Positions 49,347 through 63,971 of a stretch of 64,000 nt of DNA are shown piece by piece; the stretch's first letter is position 1, and each line of letters starts with the position of its first letter. The stretch lies in contig NC_091985.1 of NCBI RefSeq assembly GCF_044704955.1, forward strand, positions 216,628,001 to 216,692,000, written 5' to 3'. The notes beneath the pieces were generated by a model. It searched no databases. It saw only the letters and a list, made by a program, of their open reading frames with translations, and was not told where the DNA came from. This DNA comes from Pristiophorus japonicus (lineage: Eukaryota). The position numbers were made by a program, and so were the translations under genes.

Positions 49347-52300
49347 ACTTTTTTGGGGAAAACATAATAAATTAATCCAAGTGCCCCCCGATCTGGGGGA
49401 CACTTCAAACACTTTTCACGTGCCCTTTTTTTTTTGGTTATTTTTGTGGGGTTCTTTTGGGGCAGAAAAACCATAATTTACAAGTGCCCCCTATAAAAGG
49501 GAAGGGGGACACTAAAACCCAGCAATTAAAACAAATTAAACTTTAAAACATATAAAATCATATTAAAATTTGGTGCCGGGGGTGACACTACACTCCAGTC
49601 CCTCCGGCGCCCACCTCTCGCGGAAGGCCGTGAGTGTACCGGTGGACACCGCGTGCTCCATCTCTAGGACACCCTGGCCCGGATGTAAGCACGGAAGAGA
49701 AGCAGGCAGTCAGGCTGAACGACCCCCTCGACCACCCGCTGCCTGGACTGGCTGATGGCACCCTTGGCCGTGCCCAGGAGCAGTCCTACAAGGAGGCCTT
49801 CGGACCTACCCGCTCCCCTCCGCACAGCGTCCCAGGAATGTGGGACTGAAGTGCAGCCAGAAATTGAGGAGCAGCCCCTTTAAATAATGGAACAGGGGGT
49901 GCAACCTCGTACATTCACTAAAAACGTGGAACACGGACTCTTCCAGACCGCAGAAATTGCAGGTGGCCTGGGAGCCCGTGAACCAACTTAAACATTTATT
50001 GCATGGGACTGCTCCGTGTACCACCTTCCAGGCCAAGTCCCCAATAAATAATGGGAGGACTCCCGCATAGAGTGCATTCCATCGGGGATCCCCGCCTCCT
50101 CCAGACGGCAAGATGGTATGCCATGGCGTGTCCGGACGGCAGACGAGGATGGCAAGGTTGAGAGTGTGCAGGAGCAGCCCGTACAGGAAACCCCTGCATG
50201 CAGAACTGAAAGGCACGGAGGGGATTCCCCCGAGGCGCCGGCTCCCGAGGGAGGTTCCGCGGTTTGGCGCCGATGAGGAATTCTGTCCGGACGGGGGTCA
50301 GTTCGGATGGGATCTCCTCACGTGCTTGAGCCTCCTCGACAAACCTAATGGAGTCAGGGCCCAGAGCTGTTTTTAGCGACTCAATGGCATCGGCCATGCG
50401 GCAGACGTCGGCCGAATTTAGGTGCCATGCCAGCATGTCTGGCGTCATCCAGCCTACTCCTCCATCATCGAGCAGGTCCCTGACCCTGGTCACCTCGCCA
50501 GCCGCAACCCTCTCGTTCGACTGCCACATAAAACCTCGGTCGTGGAGGTACGGATTCCCGAGCAGCGGCTCCTGCAGGACAGCTGCCACTCCAGCCGGTG
50601 GAGAGCTGCGCTTGGTGGAGACTTTGTTCCAGACCCTGATGAGTTCCTGGTAAAAGACAGGCAGCTCCTGGACGGCGGTCCTGATGCCCCCCAAGCTCAC
50701 AAACAGGAGCTGCATGTCATAGTTGAGGCTGTGCTGCTGGCAGAAGAAATACGTCGCCAGCGCACGCCACCTAGGAGGGGGCTCAATGTAAAGGTATCTC
50801 TGCAGGGTCTGAAGATGGAAAGTCGCTAGCTGGGTGCTGATGCACACCAACAACTGACCGCCCTCCCTAAGCGGGAGACTCAAGACCGCTGCAGAGACCC
50901 AGTGCTTCCTGTTGTTCCAGAAGAAGTCCACCAGCTTCTTCTGTATATTGGTGACAAACGCAGGGGGAGGGGTCAAAGTGGCCAGCCGGTACCACAGCAT
51001 AGTGGCCACCAGCTGGTTTATGACTAGCACTCGACCCCTGTAGGACAGCACTCCGAGCAGTCCTGTCCATCGCCCGAGGCGAATGGTGACCTTGGCCTCC
51101 AGCTCTTGCCAATTTGCCGGCCAGGCTTCCTCGTCGGGGCTAAGGTAGACTCCCAGATAGAGGAGATGGTCGTGCTCCAGGCAAAAGGCCTGAACTCCTC
51201 CGGCAGGGAGTCCACTCACCACTGACCCACCAGGAGTCCGGAACATTTATCCCAGTTGATACTGACAGAAGATGCGGCCGAGTAAATCTCCTGGCACTCA
51301 CGCATTCTCCACAGGTCAACGGGATCCTCTACCGTGAGGAGCACGTCATCGGCATAAGCTGAGAGGACGACCTCCATGCCCAGCCCTTGCAGAGCCAGTC
51401 CCATCAACCTCGTCCGCAGGAGGCACAGGAAAGGCTCCACTCAGATGGCATATAACTGGCTGGACAATGGGGCATCACTGGTGCACCCCTCTCCTAAAGC
51501 GAAGGGGCGCCGTCAAGGACCCATTAACCTTAATCAGGCACTCTGCGGTGGTGTATAAAAGTCGGATCCGGGCGACGAAATGCGTCCCGAACCCGAAAGC
51601 GCGCAGAGTTCCGAACAGATAGTCGTGATCCACCCTGTCGAACGCCTTCTCTTGGTCGAGAGATAGGAAGGCGACCGACAGACCAGCCTTCTGGGAGTGA
51701 TGGATGAGGTCCCGGACCAGATGGATGTTATCGTGGATTGTCCGGCCCGGGACCGTGTAGGACTTGTCGGGGTGGATCATGTGGTCCAGCACAGTGCCAA
51801 GGCGAGCAGACATCACCCTGCCAAAGATTTTGTAGTCCGTGCTGAGGAGGGAGACTGAGCACCAGTTCTTAAGTAGGCGGAGATCGCCCTTCTTAGGCAG
51901 CAGGACGATGACTCCCCTGCACCAAGAGAGGGGCATCTCCCCGGTCGCCAGACTTTCCCCCAGGACCCGCGCGTGGTCACCCCCCAGGATGTCCCAGAAT
52001 TCCCTGTGGAACTCCATGGTCAGCCCATCCAGCCCTGGGGCTTTTCCCCTCGAGGGCCGGTCGAGGGCGCTGGTCAGCTCCGCCAGGCTTAGCGGAGCTT
52101 CCAGATTTTCGGTGCCCTCCGGGCCGTCCTTCGGCAGGTCCTCCCACAAAACTCTACGCACTTCCTCGCTGGACGGCTCCGGAGAGAACAGAGCCCCGTA
52201 ATATCCTCGGGCCCTGTTGCTGACGCCCTCCGGATCCGAGACGAGAGAGCCGTCGTCGGCCAACAGCGTCAAGAGCTGCTTACGGACACCCTGTCTTTTT

Positions 52301-55300
52301 TCCAGCGAGTGGAAGAAGGGGGAGCCACGGTTTAGATCCCGCTGGAACCGGATCCGCGACCTCACGAACGCGCCTCGGGACCCGACGAACTGCTGGTCCT
52401 TCAGCACGGCCTTCTACGCTTCGTACAGCATCCGCAGGGCCGGTGCCTCGACGACTTGACTGAGACGGGATTCCAGGTCGAGCACCTCTTTTTCTAGGTG
52501 CCCGACCCTGGCCGCCCGCACCTTGGTCGACCCCCTCGCGTACTCTTGGCAGAAGACACGGACGTGAGCCTTGCCCACGTCCCACCATAACCTCAAGGAG
52601 GGGAAGTCCCCCTGCTTCCTTCTCCAGTCGGCCCAGAAATGACGGAACAAGTCCTGGAACCGCTCGTCCTCCAGCAGCTGGTTGTTAAAATGCCAGTACG
52701 TGGATCCCGTCCTCACGTGGAGCGAAGCGAGCTCCGCCCACACCAGGTGGTGGTCCGAACACGGCGCCGGCCGCATGGAGGCCGCCGGAACACAGGAAAC
52801 GTATGCCCGAGACACGTAAAGGTGATCAATTCTGCACCATCCTCTTCCAGGCCTCACCCAAGTAAAGGCGCTGGAGTCGGGATGGAGATTTCGACAGACG
52901 TCCACCAAGTCGAAGGACCCGACCAGGTCCCTCAACTTCTCGATCACTGTCATGCTCTGCGGGGCACCGGAGTGGTCCCTCGCCTCGAGGGTGCAGTTGA
53001 AAGCCCCTCCGAGGACAATGCAGTTGCCGATGTCGACGGAGCCAAGAAGAGCAGACACTTCTTCGAAGAAGCGCGTTTGCTGCGGGCCGGGCTGAGGGGC
53101 GTACACATTCACGAGATGGAGCGGCACGTCCCCCAGGTGAACCGTAATGTGCAGCAAGCGGCCTGGCATGGGCACCTCGACTCCCAAGATCTCCGGCTGA
53201 AAATGCGGGGTCAGCAAGATGGCCACCCCACAAGAAGTGGCAGTGTGGTGACTCATGCGGACCTCTCCTTGCCATTCCAGGAGCAACGTGGCTTCGTCTC
53301 CCGGAATGGTGTGGGTTCCTTGCAGGAAGCACACCGCGTATTTCCCCTCCCGCAGGAGCGAAAAATTGTTAAATCTACGGCGTGCCTCTCTGCCGCCATT
53401 GATGTTGAGCCTGGTTATGGTTATCTTCATGACAAAAGCATAGTGCAACCTCTACTTAACCTATTGTGGGGGGTGGAGTGGAGTCGTTTGTTGACCTCCA
53501 CTCCCTCAGCAGCCCAGCGAGGAACGTTTTGAGTTGGCGCAGCTCAAGGCTTTGCGCCTTTGATAAGGGCCCACCCGCAGCCATGGTTTTAGCAGCAGCA
53601 CAGACGGACCTGATGAGGAGCGCCGGCTCGGACCATTTTTCTAGGGCCAGATGGGCTCAGTTGCGGCGACCCTGGCTCTGGACCATAAAGTCCCGGAGCT
53701 CCTTTACAGGAATGAGGCGGGACTCAGCAGCGGGCACGAGGAGATCCACCACCTCACTGGCGATGGACTCCAGATCTTCTCCCGCACCCTCCACCGAGTC
53801 CCCATCCCCCTCCGGGAGGTCGCCGCCAGCAGCCGGTCTGTCGACAAACGGCCTGGCTGCTCCATCCGGCCCTGGCTCTGCCCCGATCCCACCCCCAGGA
53901 TCATCGGCAGAGGAGTCCCCACTGGGCTCTTTTAATTGTGGTGCTGGGTCAGGAAGCGGCAGCGGAAGGGGTTCCCCCTCCGCCCCAGGCACCGGGGAAC
54001 ATGGAGAGACCTGGTCGAAGAACTGCTCCAGGTCCTCCAAGTCCCCCAGCTCCAAAGTTTGGGGCGAGGGTTGGTGTTCTTCCCCCTTCCCGCCGCCACC
54101 CCCCCAGCCCAGTGTGTGTAGGTTCTTTAAAATTATTAAAATTTTATTTATCTGCCGGATCGAGCAGATCCCGGGAGATGTTGTATATTGACTCGGTGGG
54201 CTCAGGTTCGGCCTTTTCAGCCCCGCCCGCCTCAGTCCCCGGGACGCCCGACCCGGCGGCGACATATTCCTCCGCCGGCCCCACGCCCCCCACAACAGGC
54301 AGATCTTCCTCGCCATCCCTGGGAGGCAGAGGCTGGGCAGCGTCGACTGTCTGACCCTCCCCGGGGACAGATTCCCCCCTGCCGACGGCGCGGTTTGGGG
54401 GCGCTGGTGGAGGACACGGGACATGTGGCGGGCACCAACTCCTCCATGGAGGGATATTGTTCCCCCTCCGCCTCATTGGAGCGGTGCCTCCTTTTTTGTC
54501 TGAGGGGGTGGCGTGGATGCAGGGAGACCTCCATGACTGCCGAGGCCACCCGCTCCACTCCCCCCTTTTGTTTTTCTTGCCCGCGCCCAAGCCCCTCTGT
54601 GCTATTGGTCGAGGGCTTGGGCACGGGCTCAGGGCACCCCGCGCTCGCCGGTGACAGAGGTAGGCCGGGCGCGGTGATGGGGCTGTCCGGTGCTCTGAGG
54701 GGACCCGCCTCGAGGTATTTCACCTTCCTCCATGCCTTCCTTCCACCCGGACACTCTCCCTCCCCACCGCCGGAGGCCATGAAGACAAAGGCCTCTGACG
54801 ATGTCCGCGCATCCACGCGGATGCTACTAGGGGGAGGGGTGATGGCGGCGCCAGCCTTGGCCGCCTTTGGTGTTTTGGCGGCCTTGGAGGCGGGGCAGTT
54901 CTTCCAAACGTGCCCTACCTCCCTACAGGCATGGCACCGTACGCCGTCCAACGTCCAAAAGACGCGGTAGGCAGTCCCCTCATGCACCACTTTGAAGGTG
55001 CCCATTGTCATCTCCTCCCGCGCCAGGCGGACAAAAAGCTGGCGGCGGAAGGAGAACACGTGATGCAGGCTGGTCTCCCTGAGGCCGAGCGGTATCGGGT
55101 TAATCCCCGACCTTACCTCCCCGAGTTGATGTAGGTGGAGGAGCGGGAACAAAGGGCGGGACATTCGAAAGAATGACCCTCTGCGTGGTGGCCTCGAGAG
55201 GGTCCACCGGCAGGAACGTCCCGCCCACCGTGAGCCCCTTTTCAAGGGCCAGGGACACCGCCTGCTCCGACCCCAGGAAGAACACAGCCTTCCCGGACAT

Positions 55301-55877
55301 CTTGGAGGCCACGACAATGGCCGAGGGGCCGACTACCCCAGCCATCGCCCGCACGCACTCCTTGATGCTCATAGTGGGGTGAGTGTAGCTCTTGACCCCA
55401 TGTTTTTTAGTTATTAATCAAAATGGTGGCAGGGCAGCAGGAGGCCGCAGTGGCTGTGGAAGCTGCCTGCGCGTAAGTCTTAACTGGCCCTGCCACCAAC
55501 GTGGATGGTGTCGCCATCATGGGGTCCCTTTAAGGGTTACACTCACCCCAAAGTCACAGGCCTTAATGGTCTTAATAGGCCTCGTTAAATGTGGGAGCAG
55601 AGGGAGCACTTAATGAGGCACACTTCTCCCCTAGTTAACGATTGGGGAGGGGCCTTGCTCCCTCTGCTCAGTTGTCTTGATTTATTAATTAGGAGGAAAG
55701 AGCTCACGGGGAGAGAGGGGAGAGAAAGAGAGAGTGACAGAGAGAGAGAGAGAGAGGGTGTGGGGTGGGAAAGAGGGAAGCTGTGAGGGCAGGTCTCCCC
55801 TTACAGTGCTGGCTGGGGTGCACTCCCCAGGTGGCAAAATAACACAGTCTTATTAGGTGGTCTTCGGGGGGGGGGGG
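49347..55877 (-). mobile_element. Full-length (~6.5 kb) degraded Tx1-clade LINE, copy 2
   Basis: 5' UTR with (TC)n; ORF1 ~55520-53456 with CCHC knuckle (CHACREVGHVWKNC); ORF2 from 53430 (EN, RT, zf) broken by stops and frameshifts; 3' UTR homologous to copy 1. Confidence 0.93.
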
Positions 55878-56012
55878 TTCTGCTTCGACCACCCATTCAG
55901 GCAGTGAGTTCCAGACCCCCACTCTCTGCGTGAAGAAATTTCCCCTCTAAACCTGCCAATTACTTTAAATTTATGTCCCCTGTGCGAAGGGAAATAGGCC
56001 GTTTACGGCACA
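55878..56012 (+). repeat. Direct repeat of 49209-49346 flanking Tx1 copy 2 (long target-site duplication)
   Basis: TTCTGCYTCGACCACCCATTCAGGCAGTG...GTTTACGGCACA on both sides of the element. Confidence 0.88.
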
Positions 56013-56524
56013 GAAGCTATGGCATATTCCAGTGAAGGTAATACTGAAACAACTAATATAGTTACAGCAGTGACAGATAAGAAAGGTGTTGAATTAAACG
56101 GTGGGAGGAAGGCAGCATCAGGGCGGAAGGACAGTGAGGATCTTTTGCCCTCATAGAAGGACTCCCAAGTCCTGACCAGAAGTGACCCTCAGGCAATCTC
56201 GGTTACAAACCGGTCAATGTCTGTCGAACATGTAGATATCTCGATCGATAAAGAACAGAGTATGGCTCGGGAGGGGATGTAACTGATGACCTAATTCAAG
56301 AATTTGAGATTGTGGCGAGCGGTAAATCTGATTGGTCTCTTTAAATATCCAATCAGAGAATTACAGAACAATGGAAATTGACAACGCAGCGAATGAACCA
56401 ATCACAATCGTTGCCTTCACCCATCCCTCATTAGCATAGGGCTGTGGGCGGAGTGTGGGGCTGCCGATATAATACGAGCTCCGAGCTGAGTTTACGTCAT
56501 GTCTGGGTCGGATTGAACAAGACG

Positions 56525-56902
56525 ATGCCTGAAGAGAAGAAATCAGTTACTGCCAAGAAAGGCGCCAAGAAAGTGATCAAGAAAACACCACCGAAGGGCG
56601 GCAAGAGGCGCAGAAAGTCGAGGAAGGAGAGTTACTCCATCTACATCTACAAAGTGATGAAGCAGGTTCATCCCGACACCGGTATCTCCTCCAAGGCCAT
56701 GGGCATCATGAACTCGTTTGTGAACGATATTTTCGAGCGCATCGCGGGTGAGGCTTCCCGGCTGGCCCATTACAACAAGCGCTGCACCATCAGCTCCCGG
56801 GAGATTCAGACCGCCGTGCGCCTGCTGCTGCCCGGAGAGCTGGCCAAGCACGCCGTGTCGGAAGGGACAAAGGCGGTGACCAAGTACACCAGCTCCAAGT
56901 AA
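56525..56902 (+). CDS. H2B: Histone H2B (125 aa; carries NKRC instead of NKRS)
   Basis: Intact ORF from ATG 56525; stem-loop at 56943-56958. Confidence 0.93.
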   Translation: MPEEKKSVTAKKGAKKVIKKTPPKGGKRRRKSRKESYSIYIYKVMKQVHPDTGISSKAMGIMNSFVNDIFERIAGEASRLAHYNKRCTISSREIQTAVRLLLPGELAKHAVSEGTKAVTKYTSSK

Positions 56903-57770
56903 AACTCCACGCTGTTCTGACGAAACAAACCCCAAACACAACGGCTCTTTTAAGAGCCACCCACAACCTCTCTGAAAGAGCTGCACAATCGCGTCATCCT
57001 TTAATTTCAATTTACTGTACTTATTTCCTGAGCAAGTGTTTTTGACAACATTTAAAGATCCAGGGTAGATTTAGATACGAATTTTCAGATGATCGGTTTT
57101 ACTGTCCGGTTCAGCCTTAGCTTCGTTGATGAAGTTCCCTCCCAGTAAAATATAAACACTCCCTGGTCGCCTGCCGACGAATTATGGACTTGTTTTAGAC
57201 TTTACTCACCTCATTCTCTCTCAAGCCCTTTTCAAAAAAAAAATCTAGTTAGTCAACCCGCTTATTACCCGGGGCCTGCGTGTGCAACAACTCAGAATGG
57301 GAGTTCTTACAGAGACCAGAACTTTGCAGTTTGAACACTCTGTCCCTCTTCTCTTTTCACAGAAGGACTTCCAGTTCTGGTCTCACTCCCGCCTGTGCGG
57401 AGGATCGAGCCATGATCTGTGATTCCCAAATTGTACAAAGAATGAGCTGGAATGTGTCCCGTAACAGAATGTTTGAAAGTGAACCCTAATTTAATCCTGA
57501 TTGTTACATTCTGGAATTTGGAAGGCAATATGGAATAAAATGTGTTTGGAAATCTTTGGCTAATGATGAATTTATTAACATAACCGCATTGTAAAAATTA
57601 TTGGCGGGGTTTTTGAAATTGAAGATTCGTTGGAAGTCGAACAATAATTTTCGCCCTCTTTTCAGTGGCAGGCTAAGCAGATGGTGATTGGTCATCGGAA
57701 AAGACCAATGAAATGCACCGCAGAGCGACCAATCACAAGTTCACTCCCTGTATCCCTCCAGAATATATAA

Positions 57771-58237
<467 letters not shown>

Positions 58238-58329
58238 ACCCACAGTATCTGTGAAAGGGCTGCTTACTGACTTAATGGAGTCAGAGCCCTTGAATTCATG
58301 TACCGATAGATTGGCTTATTTCAGACCTG

Positions 58330-60200
58330 TAAACATAGAAAATAGGTGCAGGAGTAAGCCATTCGGCCCTTCGAGCCTGCACCACCATTCAATAAGATCA
58401 TGGCTGATCTTTCACCTCAGTACCCCTTTCCTGCTTTCTTGGGATTGAAGGCCGATAAATCCCCAGGGCCTGATGGACTGCATCCCAGAGTACTTAAGGA
58501 GGTGGCCTTCGAAATAGTGGATGGATTGACAGTCATTTTCCAACATTCCATTGACTCTGGATCAGTTCCTATGGAGTGGAGGGTAGCCAATGTAACCCCA
58601 CTTTTTAAAAAAGGAGGGAGAGAGAAAACAGGGAATTATAGACCGGTCAGCCTGACATCGGTAGTGGGTAAAATGATGGAATCAATTATTAAGGATGTCA
58701 TAGCAGTGCATTTGGAAAGAGGTAATATGATAGGTCCAAGTCAGCATGGATTTGTGAAAGGGAAATCATGCTTGACAAATCTTCTGGAATTTTTTGAGGA
58801 TGTTTCCAGTAGAGTGGACAAGGGAGAACCAGTTGATGTGGTATATTTGGACTTTCAGAAGGCTTTCGACAAGGTCCCACACAAGAGATTAATGTGCAAA
58901 GTTAAAGCACGTGGGATTGGGGGTAGTGTGCTGACATGGATTGAGAACTGGTTGTCAGACAGGAAGCAAAGAGTAGGAGTAAATGGGGACTTTTCAGAAT
59001 GGCAGGCAGTGACTAGTGGGGTACTGCAACGTTCTGTGCTGGGGCCCCAGCTGTTTACACTGTACATTAATGATTTAGACGAGGGGATTAAATGTAGTAT
59101 CTCCAAATTTGAGGATGACACTAAGTTGGGTGGCAGTGTGAGCTGCAAGGAGGATTCTATGAGGCTGCAGAGCGACTTGGATAGGTTAGGTGAGTGGGCA
59201 AATGCATGGCAGATGAAGTATAATGTGGATAAATGTGAGGTTATCCACTTTGGTGGTAAAAACAGAGAGACAGACTATTATCTGAATGGTGACAGATTAG
59301 GAAAAGGGGAGGTGCAAAGAGACCTGGGTGTCATGGTACATCAGTCATTGAAGGTTGGCATGCAGGTACAGCAGGCGGTTAAGAAAGCAAATGGCATGTT
59401 GGCCTTCGTAGCGAGGGGATTTGAGTACAGAGGCAGGGAGGTGTTGCTACAATTGTACAGGGCCTTGGTGAGGCCACACCTGGAGTATTGTGTACAGTTT
59501 TGGTCTCCTAACCTGAGGAAGGACATTCTTGCTATTGAGGGAGTGCAGTGAAGGTTCACCAGACTGATTCCCGGGATGGTGGGACTGACCTATCAAGAAA
59601 GACTGGATCAACTGGGCTTGTATTCACTGGAGTTCAGAAGAATGAGAGGGGACCTCATAGAAACGTTTAAAATTCTGACGGGGTTAGACCGGTTAGATGC
59701 AGGAAGAATGTTCCCAATGTTGGGGAAGTCCACAACCAGGGGACACAGTCTAAGGATAAGGGGTAAGCCATTTAGGACCGAGATGAGGAGGAATTTCTTC
59801 ACCCAGAGAGTGGTGAACCTGTCGAATTCTCTACCACAGAAAGTTGTTGAGGCCAATTCACTAAATATATTCAAAAAGGAGTAAGATGAAGTCCTTACTA
59901 CTAGGGGAATCAAGGGGTATGGTGAGAAAGCAGGAATGGGGTACTGAAGTTGCATGTTCAGCCATGAACTCATTGAATGGCGGTGCAGGCTAGAAGGGCC
60001 GAATGGCCTACTCCTGCACCTATTTTCTATGTTTCCACACCCCTTGATCTCTTTAGCCATAAGGGCCACATCGAACTCCCTCTTGAATATATCTAACGAA
60101 CTGGCATCAACAACTCTGCCGTAGGGAATTCCACAGGTTAATAACTCTTGAGTGAAGAAGTTTCTCCTCATCTCAGTCCCAAATGGCTTACCCCTTATCC
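58330..60200. mobile_element. Plus-strand CR1 (58440-60035) nested in a minus-strand CR1 3' fragment (58330-58439 + 60036-60200)
   Basis: 383-aa RT ORF 58400..59551; the two outer pieces join into a continuous CR1 tail. Confidence 0.9.
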
Positions 60201-60834
60201 GTATGGGGGAGTTTTCAGTTCCCGTTCTCTGCATTACGGTTCTCTGCTCACACATACACTCTTCCAGTTAACAGCGAATAACTGAACGACAGTTGTCACT
60301 CGACAATTGTATAAATACCGCCACCGGTTCCTTAAATATTCTTTAGTCTGTCTGTGAAAACTAGAGAGTTGGCGGTGATGAATTAATATAGTAATCAAAG
60401 GGCCTAGTTTAATTCTGGTCTGGTTTGAGATAATTTGAATGCTGCTTCTGTTCCCGGGCTGTATATTTCTCTGCTAAGCCGGTCAGTTTAGACCGCACTG
60501 CATCAGCTAGCGATGTACACACACAGGACCCGGGTCAATTGCAGTGCTTCCCAGATCTACCTGTCCCCATTCTCCGGTATCACCGAATGGGGAAATCTGT
60601 GCTCTGCCCCGGGGAACTCGGGGTCAGAGCGACGCAAAGCCGATGTCAGTTTCTGAAAATATTAAAGGGCTCATTAGTTAATATTAGTCAATAACTCCCA
60701 TGTGAACGGAGCTGGTATATGAACACACGATCAGTAATCAGTCCCACATCCTCTGCCCGTCCCTACAGTGGGTTAATGAACAACACGAAGCTCTGGTTAT
60801 AGGAGATCGCAGCTCTTTCCTTTGCTGATTTGGT

Positions 60835-60850
60835 GGCTCTGAAAAGAGCC
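60835..60850 (-). terminator. Histone 3' stem-loop (H3)
   Basis: Minus strand GGCTCTTTTCAGAGCC, with downstream GAAAGAGCTG. Confidence 0.9.
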
Positions 60851-60882
60851 GTTGTTGCACTTGGTGCCGNNNNNNNNNNNNN

Positions 60883-61296
<414 letters not shown>

Positions 61297-61929
61297 CTAA
61301 ACGGATCTCAACACAATCTGGGACACACGGACTGTTAATGCGGAGACTCCTCTGGGGCCTCCTTTTAAAGTGTGTGAGGGTCCGCCCCGGGGCTGTGATT
61401 GGCTGCAGCCCGACCGCCAATCAAGTTTGAACCAAGCACTGAGAGTGAAAATGAAGTACAGGGATTACTGGCCCCTGATTGGCTGAACTGAAACTGACAG
61501 TTGGTCAATTTCAAAAAGCCCGCCAATTTCAGAATATCAACCAACAGAGAGTAAATAAACTCTAATTTCCCGCCAGCAATTTAAGAATCCCGCTCTTTAT
61601 AACGGCGATTGTGCCCCATTATAAGTCACCAATCCCACTCTCTGCAACATTCCGGTTTGAATTCTGTACCATTCCCTGATCGGTCTGTACCGGGCGGGAA
61701 TAAATCCCCAGTCACTGCTTCCTGTAAACACAAATTCCCGCATTGATCCCGCCAGAGTCCCATTTAACCGAATCTCAGAAACCTCACAACATGACAGGAA
61801 TTATCTGTGAGGGGAGACTGTAATGTTTGGGTAAAGGGGACGGTATATCCCGCCCGGTGGTAATTGTGACTGTTAGCCTAAGTTTCTGATCTCTCATATT
61901 TACAATAGTTGTAAAATATTTAATAATTC

Positions 61930-62025
61930 CCATATTCCTACAGCGACTACACTCCAAAAGTACTTCATTGCTGTTGAGACATTCGGTGGTCGTGAAAGGC
62001 GCTATATAAATCCAAATATTTATTT
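61930..62025 (+). mobile_element. SINE/L2-type 3' tail fragment
   Basis: Ends AAGGCGCTATATAAATCCAA; reverse-complement homolog at ~6868-6968. Confidence 0.55.
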
Positions 62026-62035
62026 CCATGAATTA

Positions 62036-62483
<448 letters not shown>

Positions 62484-63251
62484 TCACTTAAACAGCCGCT
62501 GAATAAGACGGAGCTCCTCCCGGCTCTTTTTTTAGAGCCGGAGCCGACCTGACTGAGAACGCGCAGAGTGAGAGAGGCGGGAAGGGGAGGAGACAGAGTT
62601 AAGATTGACAGACAGAGCAGAGAGCAGCCTCTGATCTTCCAGCTCCGCCTCCAGCTTTCTGCAGCCGCCAATTTCAATCCGTTTTCCGACAATAGAACCG
62701 AAACACAGCGCTCCGCACAAACTCTTACAGACTCGGAATTCATCTTCAAGGCTTCCAGGAATCAGAAGCTTTTAAATAAGGTCCCGTTACAATTAACAAT
62801 CGCGAATATTCCCGCCTAAATACAGCCCCTTCCCTGTTAATCTCAGAACTTGTTCCATCTCCCCACACTTCCTCTCACAGACGGGTTCAGCAGTTTACAA
62901 ACACCTTATTCCAGCTGATTTGGAGAATGTGGAGTTTGGGGTTTGAGTTGTGAGGCGGGGTATCTCCGCCAGTGTCACCGTCTCACAGGCTCTCTCTGAA
63001 TCTGTGAAATGACAATGACCAGGAACTGAGACTGGAGCCGAAAACATCCCCAGTTACAGTGAGACCCGGGCCGGACATCCCATTCTCTGTGTTTTATTGC
63101 AGACACTGGGGGAGGGGTGGGTGCAGCCAATGTCAGCAAGTCACCAGGGATCCTGGCTTCATGTTCAATGATTTCTGTCTGAAATCTGAGCCCGGCCCCG
63201 GGACAGGGATCATTTGATTCGGGGATCAGCTCTTTTCTGAGAGGCGTGGGT

Positions 63252-63267
63252 GGCTCTGAGAAGAGCC
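63252..63267 (-). terminator. Histone 3' stem-loop (H1)
   Basis: Minus strand GGCTCTTCTCAGAGCC followed by ACCCA. Confidence 0.9.
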
Positions 63268-63302
63268 TTTGGGTTCAGGTGTTTACAAGTTGCACTTTTT
63301 AT

Positions 63303-63971
63303 TTACTTTTTGGATGCTGCTTTCTTGGGTTTTGCTGATTTGGCCTTGGCCCTCGGTTTTTCCACTTTTTTGGCCGCCTTCACCTTTGCGCCTGAGGCCT
63401 TCTTGGGGCTCTTGGGCTTCTGCGCCGCTGCCTTCTTCCCAGCCGCCGCTTTTGCTGCCTTTTTTACTGTTGGCGCCTTCTTGGTGCTCGTTTTCTTGGC
63501 GGGAGATTTCTTGGCTGCTGGTTTCTTGGTCAGAGATGTCTTGGCTGCTGGTTTCTTGGCTGGAGATTTCTTGGCTGCTGGTTTCTTGGCTGGAGATTTC
63601 TTGACTGCTGGTTTCTTCACCTCGCTTCCCACTTTCCCCTGGTTTTCCTTCTTAGCGCCTTTGAAGGAGCCCGAGGCGCCCGTGCCTTTGGTCCGCACCA
63701 GGAAGCCATTTGTCACATTCCTCTTGATACTGAACCTGATCTGGGACCCGCGCTTCTCCACATCCACGCCTTTGGCCGCCAGAGCCTTCTTTATCGCGGC
63801 CAGGGACATCCCTTTGCGATCGCTGCCATCGGCCACAACCTTGAGGATCTGTTCGCCCATCGTGGAACCGGCTGGCTTGGAGCGGGGAGCCGCCACCTTC
63901 TTTTTACTGGGAGCCTTGGTTTGAGCGGCGGCGGCAGGAGGGGCCGTTTCGGCGGCTGCAGTGTCAGTCAT
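63303..63971 (-). CDS. H1: Histone H1 (replication-dependent, 222 aa)
   Basis: Globular domain (GMSLAAIKKALAA...KGTGASGSFK) and K/A/P-rich tail; stem-loop downstream. Confidence 0.95.
   Translation of the reverse strand: MTDTAAAETAPPAAAAQTKAPSKKKVAAPRSKPAGSTMGEQILKVVADGSDRKGMSLAAIKKALAAKGVDVEKRGSQIRFSIKRNVTNGFLVRTKGTGASGSFKGAKKENQGKVGSEVKKPAVKKSPAKKPAAKKSPAKKPAAKTSLTKKPAAKKSPAKKTSTKKAPTVKKAAKAAAGKKAAAQKPKSPKKASGAKVKAAKKVEKPRAKAKSAKPKKAASKK

Noticed and set aside
52639-54970. Long plus-strand ORFs (297, 241 and 260 aa)
   Set aside because: Antisense shadows of the GC-rich Tx1 ORF1/ORF2.
55710-55760. (TC)n as the Tx1 target site (Kibi-like specificity)
   Set aside because: The microsatellite lies inside the TSD-defined boundaries (5' UTR) and is absent from both 3' junctions.
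56444-56524. N-terminally extended H2B (152 aa), and likewise the extended H2A at 47927
   Set aside because: Artefacts of GTG starts in the ORF track; the H2B extension overlaps the TATA region. The true ATGs are 56525 and 47933.
63250-63924. 224-aa hydrophobic plus-strand ORF
   Set aside because: Antisense of the Lys/Ala-rich H1.
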